64,000 bases of DNA, taken from positions 2,531-66,530 of the forward strand of contig JABFSN010000155.1 in the NCBI GenBank assembly GCA_013140575.1, given 5' to 3'. Positions 46,074 through 53,423 of this stretch are shown here, one piece after another (within the stretch, counting starts at the first letter, position 1; each line of letters opens with the position of its first letter). A program made the position numbers and the translations under genes. Source of the stretch: Phycisphaerales bacterium. Lineage in GTDB: Bacteria > Planctomycetota > Phycisphaerae > UBA1845. The notes beneath the pieces are model-generated. The model made no database searches and was not told the origin of the DNA. It saw nothing but the letters and a program-made list of their open reading frames with translations.

Positions 46074-46781
46074 CTATTCCTTCAATTCCAACACCAGGCT
46101 CTGGAGTTCCGTGGGCCCCGCGTTTTCCACGGTGTGGGTCGTGGGCTCATTCCAGCTCGCCTGCCCCGCGGAGAGCGATTTCTCCTCGGTCTTGCCATCT
46201 CCCGTCGTCACCTTGTATTTCGCGTCCACCAGGGCGTAGGCGACGTTCGCCGGATGCGAGTGCTTCGCCAACTTGCCGCCGGCCTTGATGTGCGCACCCA
46301 GCAGGCGCACGCGATCGTTGTCCAACAACACCTTGGTATTCTCCGGAGCCGCTTTCACCTGGTCATCACCCTGCAGCGGCTTCGGCTTCGATCCCGCCGC
46401 GGCCGGCTTCGTCAACTCGAAAACCACGAGCTTCAGCTCCGTCGTACCCAAGTTCTCGACTTCGTGCGTCTCCGCTTTGAGATAGGTGGCCGCGCCCGCT
46501 TTCAACTCGACCTCCTTTGTCATTCCGTCGGGATACGTGAACTTCACCTTGCCCCCATTGATCGCGTAAATCACGTGATCCGGGTGAGAGTGCATGGCGA
46601 GTTTTTCGCCGCCCTTCGCCTCTACGTTTAATACTCGCACGGATTCGTTTTCCAAGGCCACCTGGTGGTTGTGGGGAGAGACCTTGACCGGATCCTGAGC
46701 CAGGCTCGCGCGGCTCCCGACCGCCACGACCAATACGGCCGTCAACGCGCACCCTCCAAATCGATTCAGGGTCTTGAACAT
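46074..46781 (-). CDS. Secreted bicupin protein
   Basis: It has a signal peptide (MFKTLNRFGGCALTAVLVVAVGSRASLAQ) and two cupin motifs (HSHPDHVIYAINGGKVKF and HSHPANVAYALVDAKYKV). Confidence 0.8.
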   Translation of the reverse strand: MFKTLNRFGGCALTAVLVVAVGSRASLAQDPVKVSPHNHQVALENESVRVLNVEAKGGEKLAMHSHPDHVIYAINGGKVKFTYPDGMTKEVELKAGAATYLKAETHEVENLGTTELKLVVFELTKPAAAGSKPKPLQGDDQVKAAPENTKVLLDNDRVRLLGAHIKAGGKLAKHSHPANVAYALVDAKYKVTTGDGKTEEKSLSAGQASWNEPTTHTVENAGPTELQSLVLELKE

Positions 46782-47372
46782 CGGAACGCTCCATTCCGTT
46801 AAGAAGGCGTGTGCCGTCGGCCGGGGCCCGCGGCCGTCCAAACTCGTTTGACCGAAGCACACTGCGCGTCATGCTAACTCGCGGCGCGGCGTCGCACAAC
46901 GATTCGACCCCGAACCGTCGCCGACCAGGTGCATCCCGGGAACCGGGCCGGGGGCTCGCCCCTCGCGACAGCACAGGATGGGAAGCAACGATCGCCGCGG
47001 CGGGATTCCAAAAAGACCGACCGCGTCACGCCCGTCGGCTGCGGCACGTCGCGGTTCATGTCGCGGACATGAAGGCGTAGCACACGGGCCGGCCGAACGG
47101 GCATCCGGCGACCCGCGAACAATTCCAATCGCCCGATCATCGTGCCCCCAACCAGCGCCGCGCGATGGGTGGGTCATCCAGTCCATGCCACTCGCCGAAG
47201 CAGCATCGAGCTTGTTCAGGGGAGGGGATTCCCACAAATCCTGCTGCGCGTGGGGTTCTTCCAGAAGCCGTCCTTTACTCCGCGGCGGGCTGCGCCTTAG
47301 AATCGCTGCATCGTGGAGACTGGCGGGCAATGCGGCTTCCGCGACGAAATCGACTCAAAAAAGGCTCGCATC

Positions 47373-47597
47373 ATGACCCGGACGATCGACGCGGTGTATG
47401 AAGGCGGCGTGCTGCGGCCGCTCCAACTGCAGGACGGAATCGCCGAGCACGCTCGTGTGAGGCTAACCCTCGAGACCGTCGGCTCAGCGACGGGCGGCAT
47501 GGCCGACTGTGTCGGCACCCTGCCTGATGACGACGCCGCGGAGATGCGCCGGATTGTTCACGACCAATTCGAACAGGTGAACCCGGGTGAATGGTGA
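47373..47597 (+). CDS. DUF104/AF2212-like antitoxin (VapB-type partner of the PIN toxin)
   Basis: MTRTIDAVYEGGVLRPLQLQDGIAEHARVRLTLE matches the DUF104 antitoxin N-terminal pattern. It overlaps the PIN gene. Confidence 0.7.
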   Translation: MTRTIDAVYEGGVLRPLQLQDGIAEHARVRLTLETVGSATGGMADCVGTLPDDDAAEMRRIVHDQFEQVNPGEW

Positions 47598-47979
47598 CCG
47601 CATCGCCCTGGATACGACCGCGGCCATCGACGTGTTGAACAACACGGGCGAGCTGCGCGAGTGGATCGCCACCTTTACGCTGGTGAGTTTGCCGGTACCG
47701 GTCGTGGGCGAGCTTTGCTTTGGTGCGATGAATTCGCAGCGCGCCGGTAAGAACCGTAGGCGGGTGGATGCGCTGATCGCGCGGTGCAGCGTGCTGGACG
47801 CGAACCTAGTGACCGCCGAAGTCTGCGCCCGTATTCGCTTCCGGCTGAAACAGTCGGGCCGCCCGATTCCGGAGCACGACGTATGGATCGCCGCATTGTG
47901 CATTCAACACGGCTTGCCTCTCGCGACGTCGGATGAGCACTTCGTACTGGTGGAAGGGCTTGAGGTAGTGAAGCGATGA
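47587..47979 (+). CDS. vapC: PIN-domain ribonuclease toxin VapC
   Basis: IALDTTAAID (first acidic residue), VVGEL, HDVWIAA and LATSDEHF match conserved PIN acidic positions. It has a GTG start. Confidence 0.85.
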   Translation: MNGDRIALDTTAAIDVLNNTGELREWIATFTLVSLPVPVVGELCFGAMNSQRAGKNRRRVDALIARCSVLDANLVTAEVCARIRFRLKQSGRPIPEHDVWIAALCIQHGLPLATSDEHFVLVEGLEVVKR

Positions 47980-48139
47980 TTGCTGGCGCGGACGGGTGAC
48001 CCCGTCTTTTCCGACGGCGAAGACCGGGCCACCCAGCCCGGACTGACGCAGCCGCGTCCGAGCGTGGCTTCACCTTGAGAAAACCGATTAGGGACTCGGC
48101 GGGCAGCGCCCGCGCCACCCGGTCGTTCCGGTTGCTCGG

Positions 48140-49435
48140 TCAATCGGGCTTCTTCGGTTCGCCGGATTTGGGCTGTTCCTTGGGCTTGGCCGGGTCGGTC
48201 GGTTTGGCCTGACCGCCGGCGGGTTGGGCTTGGGCTTCGTTCGGCTTGCCCTGCGCGGGGGGCGATTGGGGGTTTGGCGGTGCCGCGCCGGGCTGGGCGT
48301 TGGACGGTGCGGGTGTGCCGGGCGCGGCGCCGGCGGGAGCTTGTTTTGCATCGCCCGCGGGCGCGGGACCGGCGGGCGCTTGCTTGGCATCCCCGGCGGG
48401 CGCGTTGGCGTCGGACTTCTCGGCTTTCGCCCGGCGGGTGGTGGCCTTGGGGAGTGATCGCCAGTTCTCGGCCTCGTAGCGCTCCTTCTGGGCCTGATCG
48501 GGAATCTGGTCCAGACGGGTCTTGAACTCCTGGAACAGATCATCGAGCGGGGCGGTCACCTTGCGGCGGCGCTCATTGATCTCGCGGCGTTTTTCGGGCG
48601 TGTCCGACTTGGCCAACTCATCCTTGATGGCCGTCAACTCCTCGTGGTGCGTGTCGCGGAAGTCGGCCGACCGCTTCTTGATCTCGCGCAGAATGGACCG
48701 GGCGGCCTCCTGCTGCGGGGGCGTCAACTGATAGTCGCGGATGAACTTCTCGACGTACGCATCGAAATGACTGTCCAGCAACAGACCCTGCGGGTCGCGG
48801 GCATGTTCGCCGAGGGCGGCGCCATCCGGCTTCGACGGGCGCGGCGGATCGTCGACCAGGCGCTTGGCGGCCGGGAAAATGGTCCCTTCGGCCAGGTCGC
48901 CTGTTTTCCATTTCTCGAAGTTGCCGTTCATCATCTCGAACGTGCGTTGCATTTCCTTCATGTCGTAGTCGTGGACACGCTTCTGATCGGGCGTCAACAC
49001 GTCGCCCCACTCCTCGTTCGAGCGGAAAATCTCGTCCCGGGCCTCACGGAGGATGTTCAGGGCGACGGGCGCCAGTTTCTGGGCCGTCGGCGAGTCGGGC
49101 AGGTGCCCCTGCCGCTGGTAGTAGGCCAGGTCGCGGATCAGCGGCCAGATGTCGTCCTGATGATCGTCGAGGAATTTCTTGACCCGCGTGTTCATCATCT
49201 CGCGGGTGTATTCAGTCTGCTCTTCGTTGAGGTTGTAACGGAAGGCGATGCGCTTGACGGCCTGCTCGGTGAGCGCGTCGACCGGCCAAAAGCCCTCGAC
49301 CTCGGCCCGGGCCTTGGCGGGCTCCACCTTGTCCGGCGGGAAGGGTTCGCTCTTGCGCTCCGACGGCTGGGCGACGGCGGCGGACACCGACCAAACTAGA
49401 ACGGCGGTCAAACAGGGAATCAATCGGACCTTCAC
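48140..49435 (-). CDS. Secreted protein with repeated LTxxQ-type (Spy/CpxP-like) motifs and a Pro/Ala/Gln-rich C-terminal tail
   Basis: It has a signal peptide (LTAVLVWSVSAAVAQP), the motifs NLNEEQTEY, VLTPDQKRV and QLTPPQQEA, and a tail with duplicated APAGDAKQAPAG. Confidence 0.55.
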   Translation of the reverse strand: MKVRLIPCLTAVLVWSVSAAVAQPSERKSEPFPPDKVEPAKARAEVEGFWPVDALTEQAVKRIAFRYNLNEEQTEYTREMMNTRVKKFLDDHQDDIWPLIRDLAYYQRQGHLPDSPTAQKLAPVALNILREARDEIFRSNEEWGDVLTPDQKRVHDYDMKEMQRTFEMMNGNFEKWKTGDLAEGTIFPAAKRLVDDPPRPSKPDGAALGEHARDPQGLLLDSHFDAYVEKFIRDYQLTPPQQEAARSILREIKKRSADFRDTHHEELTAIKDELAKSDTPEKRREINERRRKVTAPLDDLFQEFKTRLDQIPDQAQKERYEAENWRSLPKATTRRAKAEKSDANAPAGDAKQAPAGPAPAGDAKQAPAGAAPGTPAPSNAQPGAAPPNPQSPPAQGKPNEAQAQPAGGQAKPTDPAKPKEQPKSGEPKKPD

Positions 49436-49651
49436 GGCGTTTCAACCTCCATGGTTACGAATCCGCCCCATCCTCGGGGGATTCGCCTGCTGTCTATCCT
49501 GCCATTCACCCGAGCCCCCGCCAACAGGCGGCGGGCCGAATGTCCCGGGCCGCGTTTTGGTATTGCCCCGGGGGGCGCACCCGGGCGCCCGGTACTTATA
49601 TCTTAAAACCAGGTGTCCGGGTTGCAATCGCCACGAAAAATCCGGTCGGCC

Positions 49652-49675
49652 GGCGATAAAACGGGCGATAAAACG
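49652..49675. repeat. Perfect 12-bp tandem direct repeat x2 (GGCGATAAAACG)
   Basis: Read directly. It lies in the divergent intergenic region about 110 nt upstream of the NYN-domain gene. It is followed by cgtcggac x2. Confidence 0.6.
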
Positions 49676-49786
49676 CTGACCCCGGATCGTCGGACCGTCG
49701 GACCGTCCCCCGTCCTTCGCCGCGCTTGCCCCGCGTTCCGCCGCATCTACGATGGGATTCGCGCGCCTGCGGATGGGGGCCATACC

Positions 49787-50335
49787 ATGCATCAGCACGT
49801 CATCATCGACGGGAACAACCTGCTCCACGCCGCCCATGCCCGCGGCCCACGGCAACCCATCGGCCGCGAAACGCTGGTCCGACGCATCGAATCCTGGGCG
49901 AAGGGCCATCGCAGCGCCGTTACGATTGTCTTCGACGGTCCGTCGCCGCGCCCCGGCCTGGCCCGGCAGATGACCTCCGGACCGGTCACGGTACTGTTCA
50001 GCGCCCCCGAATCGGCCGACGACGTCATCATCCGTATGATCCGCGATGAATTTCGCCGCGCCGCGCTGCGCATCGTCACCGGCGACACGGCCATCGCCTA
50101 CGAAGCCCGAAACTGCCGCTGCGCGCACGTCGACGCGACCGCGTTCGTCGATGAACTGATGCCTGACCGTGCGGACGCCGCCCGCCGCGCGACAGGCGCG
50201 ACCTCATCACCGGATGACGATCGCAATCCCGCCAGGGCAACCGCCGCACGCGACGACAAACCCCCACCGCCCACGGCCGACGAATCCCGCGAATGGCTCG
50301 ACCTGTTCGGGCTGTCGGACGGGGGCGATGTGTAA
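49787..50335 (+). CDS. NYN-domain (YacP/Rae1-like) predicted ribonuclease
   Basis: VIIDGNNLLHA...VTIVFDGPSP...VLFSAPESADDVIIRMI...IVTGDTAI follows the YacP-like NYN pattern. A disordered acidic/Pro-rich tail follows. Confidence 0.68.
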   Translation: MHQHVIIDGNNLLHAAHARGPRQPIGRETLVRRIESWAKGHRSAVTIVFDGPSPRPGLARQMTSGPVTVLFSAPESADDVIIRMIRDEFRRAALRIVTGDTAIAYEARNCRCAHVDATAFVDELMPDRADAARRATGATSSPDDDRNPARATAARDDKPPPPTADESREWLDLFGLSDGGDV

Positions 50336-50560
50336 TCAGACGGGAACGGCGACGTCGGCGACGAATGCGTCGAGCACCGGCGAGTCCGCGTCCAGCGTGT
50401 CCGCACCGAATGTCGCGATATGAAATCGAACGGCCGACGATACGTCCGCCACTGCCTCCCTGGGGGAATCGCCTTCACCCACGACAACGCCCTTCATGCC
50501 CAGTGGATACCCCACGTAGCCATCGGGATGCTTCTCGACGATAATCTTGATGTGCTTCAC
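50336..50560 (-). CDS. HicB-family antitoxin-like protein (UPF0150 fold), no adjacent HicA
   Basis: MKHIKIIVEKHPDGYVGYPLGMKGVVVGEGDSPREAVADVSSAVRFHI matches the HicB N-terminal domain pattern. It is only 74 aa and has no DNA-binding extension. Confidence 0.65.
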   Translation of the reverse strand: MKHIKIIVEKHPDGYVGYPLGMKGVVVGEGDSPREAVADVSSAVRFHIATFGADTLDADSPVLDAFVADVAVPV

Positions 50561-50701
50561 CTGCGACGTCTCCCGTTCGGGGTCCGGTACTTTTTACGCA
50601 CGCGCCACCCGTTTGCCACGCAATGCCCGGCCATTCTATCACAAACGCCCGTGCACTCGAAACGCCCGCCGCGCGGCGACTTCCCAGCGCGTTATTCGTT
50701 A

Positions 50702-51871
50702 CTACCGGTGTACCGGCGTCCCGCGGATGTTGGCGTCGGCGGGTTTGGGTTCGCCCCGGTCGGCGGGGTGGGTCGTGGACGCGAGCGACTCGGCAAGCGG
50801 CTTCTTGTGCTCCGGAACGACGACCAGCTTGCACGCCCGCCCCTCGGCCAGCAGCGGCATCGATGCGTCGATATCCTCCAGCCGGATCGTCTTGGTGATC
50901 AGCGGCCGCAGGTCCACCACGCCCTCGCCCAGCAGCCAGCGCGTCTTGTACCACGTATCAAATATCCGCCGCCCGTTCATCGAACGCACGGTCAGGTTCT
51001 TGAATATCATGTTCTCGGCCACGTCGATCTCGACGGGCTTGGACGGTATGCCGAACAGCACCACCACTCCGCCGTTTCGCACCGTGCGGAAGGCCGTGGT
51101 GATCGCGTCCGGCGCTCCGCTCATCTCCAGCACGATGTCCACGCCGTGTCCGCCGTTGGCCGTCACCATGGCATCGACCACGGTTTCCGCGCCGCCGGTT
51201 GGATAGTCCCTGGGATTGAACACCGCGTGGGCCCCCATCCGCGTTGCCAGCGTCAACCGGAACGCATTCACGTCCGACGCGAACAGCCGCGCCGCCCCCG
51301 ACGCCCGGGCGATGGCCGTGCTGAACAGCCCGATCGGCCCGCAGCCCAGTATCGCCACAGACTGTCCCGTGATTTCCTGGTTCATGGTCGCGAACACGGC
51401 GTTGCCGAACGGCTCCTGCAAACACGCGATCTCCGGCGCAATCTTCTCGCGATCGTTCCGCCAGATCACCTTCTCCGGCACGGCGACGTACTCCGCGAAC
51501 CCCCCGTCGCGGTCCACGCCTAGAATCACCGTGTTCGGGCACATGTGGGCCTGGCCAGTGCGGCATTGGTAGCACATGCCGCAAGTGATATGGGACTCGG
51601 CCGAAACGTAGTCCCCCGGTGAAACGGTACGTACGTCCTTGCCGACTTCCACGACCGTGCCGGCGATTTCGTGGCCAAGGGTCAACGGGGGCTTGATGCG
51701 GCGGGACGACCAGCGGTCCCAGCTCCAGATGTGCAGGTCGGTGCCGCAGATGCCGGCGGCTTCGACGCGGACCAGACAGTCGTCGCGGCCGATGGTCGGA
51801 AGCGCGACATCTTCAACCGCCAGGCCGCGTTCGGACTTCATTTTACGAACGGCTTTCATTCGTTCCGACAT
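50702..51871 (-). CDS. tdh: L-threonine 3-dehydrogenase (Zn-dependent MDR family) with a ~35-aa C-terminal extension
   Basis: MKAVRKMKSERGLAVEDVALP...AAGICGTDLHIWSWDRWS...LGHEIAGTVVEVG...ILGCGPIG is closely Tdh-like. The tail KKPLAESLASTTHPADRGEPKPADANIRGTPVHR is extra. Confidence 0.85.
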   Translation of the reverse strand: MSERMKAVRKMKSERGLAVEDVALPTIGRDDCLVRVEAAGICGTDLHIWSWDRWSSRRIKPPLTLGHEIAGTVVEVGKDVRTVSPGDYVSAESHITCGMCYQCRTGQAHMCPNTVILGVDRDGGFAEYVAVPEKVIWRNDREKIAPEIACLQEPFGNAVFATMNQEITGQSVAILGCGPIGLFSTAIARASGAARLFASDVNAFRLTLATRMGAHAVFNPRDYPTGGAETVVDAMVTANGGHGVDIVLEMSGAPDAITTAFRTVRNGGVVVLFGIPSKPVEIDVAENMIFKNLTVRSMNGRRIFDTWYKTRWLLGEGVVDLRPLITKTIRLEDIDASMPLLAEGRACKLVVVPEHKKPLAESLASTTHPADRGEPKPADANIRGTPVHR

Positions 51872-51984
51872 GCATCACTCCGTTTCAGCGTCGCCCATCC
51901 GCCCGAGACCGGAAATTGATCCACCGAGGACACAGAGGAACACAGAAGGGATGCGGTACACGATTCCACGCCGACAAGAACAAG

Positions 51985-52009
51985 CTGTGTCAATCTGTGT
52001 CATTTGTGG
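51985..52009 (-). repeat. Inverted copy of the CACAGATT-type short repeat
   Basis: ctgtgtcaatctgtgtcatttgtgg is the reverse complement of ccacaaatgacacagattgacacag; compare with 36862-36889. Confidence 0.5.
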
Positions 52010-52086
52010 ACGCTATCCGACCGAATCGCCGATAACTTGTCGTCGTTCCTGCGTTTCGCCTTTCGACGTTTCGCCTTTCGCTCTTT

Positions 52087-52869
52087 TCACTTCTCCACCG
52101 ACACGGCGTAGCCGCTGGTTTCCAGCGGCAGCCGGAACGACAGTTCGTCCAAGCCCCGGTTGATCGAATCGGCCGACAGGTCCGGGAAATCCGCCCGGGT
52201 GACGCTGGCGCCGTCGCGCGACACCATCACCGTCCGCACGGGCAGGTCGACGGTTCGCGACACGAAAAACTCCATGCGGCTGTACTGCGCGGCCAACCGG
52301 CTGGATTCTCGCGGGATGCAGATCAGATGATCGGTGTCGGGAGGCGCCCCCGCGGCGCCGTCGCCCGGCGACACCTCGAAATGTTTCAGGATTTGATCCT
52401 TGCGTTGACCGAACGGAATGGGGAACGGGGCGTTGTCGATGCTGAACAGATCGATTTCCGTTCCCGGCGGGGCGATGTCGCGCTTGATGATGGATTTCGT
52501 TTTCTGATTGGCTTCGTGAAACCAACGCCCGTCGAACAGGTACCAGTAGCGCGACGGCGACGCAATGCCGTCCTGAATGGTCTTGTCGAACGATATGAAA
52601 AATCGCGGATTGGGCGTCTCGCGTTTGAACAGAATCTCCCCCTCGCGGCGGGTGACATCGGCCGTCACCCGGTCTTCCATCGTGTAAATGACGCGGCATT
52701 TCAGGTCGTTCACCGTCCGCCCGCGGGCTTCAACCCGATCAAGGACGGCTTCCACGTCCACGACGGATCGGCCCGGCGTTTCGTCCTGCGGATCGGCTGC
52801 GGCCGCGGAAACGACGTTGAATGCGCAAAAAACTCCGGCGAGAAATGTCCGCACCGAATGCACGTGCAC
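52087..52869 (-). CDS. Secreted hypothetical protein, possibly LolA-like/lipoprotein-sorting fold
   Basis: It has a signal peptide (FLAGVFCAFNVVSAAAADP). Size and beta-rich sequence resemble LolA/DUF2092-type proteins. The functional assignment is weak. Confidence 0.4.
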   Translation of the reverse strand: MHVHSVRTFLAGVFCAFNVVSAAAADPQDETPGRSVVDVEAVLDRVEARGRTVNDLKCRVIYTMEDRVTADVTRREGEILFKRETPNPRFFISFDKTIQDGIASPSRYWYLFDGRWFHEANQKTKSIIKRDIAPPGTEIDLFSIDNAPFPIPFGQRKDQILKHFEVSPGDGAAGAPPDTDHLICIPRESSRLAAQYSRMEFFVSRTVDLPVRTVMVSRDGASVTRADFPDLSADSINRGLDELSFRLPLETSGYAVSVEK

Positions 52870-53060
52870 GATTCCCTTTCAAACCTCCACAACGAGCGGC
52901 AGCGCGGCGAATCCCGCCCGATGCCAGCATGGGTGATGCTATCTGGAAACACGCCAATAGGAAACCGGCGATCGACGGAGGGTCGCTGCGCAACGCTCGC
53001 GTGGCAGGTGGCGGGTGGCACAGCCACGCTCGCGAGGCCATGACCACGAAGGACCAATTC

Positions 53061-53086
53061 CATGCCCACCTCGAAAGGTGGGCATG
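53061..53086. repeat. Perfect 10-bp-stem hairpin (catgcccacc-tcgaaa-ggtgggcatg) flanked by direct GGCGGGTGGCA-containing repeats
   Basis: Read directly. The flanking similar segments are about 53000-53037 and 53100-53128. Confidence 0.6.
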
Positions 53087-53423
53087 CCACCCGATCGGCG
53101 CGTGGCGGCGGGTGGCATGCTCTCGCGGTACCTCGCGCGAGCGTGCTTTTGGTAGCGGTGCGCCGCCGGAGCACGAAGCGCGATGGGGTAACACGACACA
53201 TCCAAACATTGTAAATAATGCTTGAATCGGTCGCGGTGTCTGGTAACATGGGTTCGTTGGGGTCGTCGTTTCATTCCGGAGTTTGCCGCGAACGGGAGGG
53301 GCATGCGAAGTGCGCGGTCAGTCGCGGATGAGGGACACGGGTGGAGGGGATCGGCAACCCAAACGGCGGGTCATCGATCGTCAGGCGTAATCCTTGCAAG
53401 TTGGATTCAGGGAGGGAATTCGA

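Noticed and set aside
46782-47372. A ~590-bp gene-free spacer between the bicupin gene and vapB, including a 153-aa minus-strand ORF (46869-47330).
   Set aside because: The ORF is Arg/Pro/Ala-rich with no motifs or start context. I found no repeat, RNA fold or other structure there that I could support, so it is left unannotated.
50561-50701. Expected HicA toxin partner upstream of the HicB-like gene.
   Set aside because: Only ~140 nt are available before the tdh stop and no ORF of suitable size or sequence is present. The HicB-like gene is treated as an orphan.
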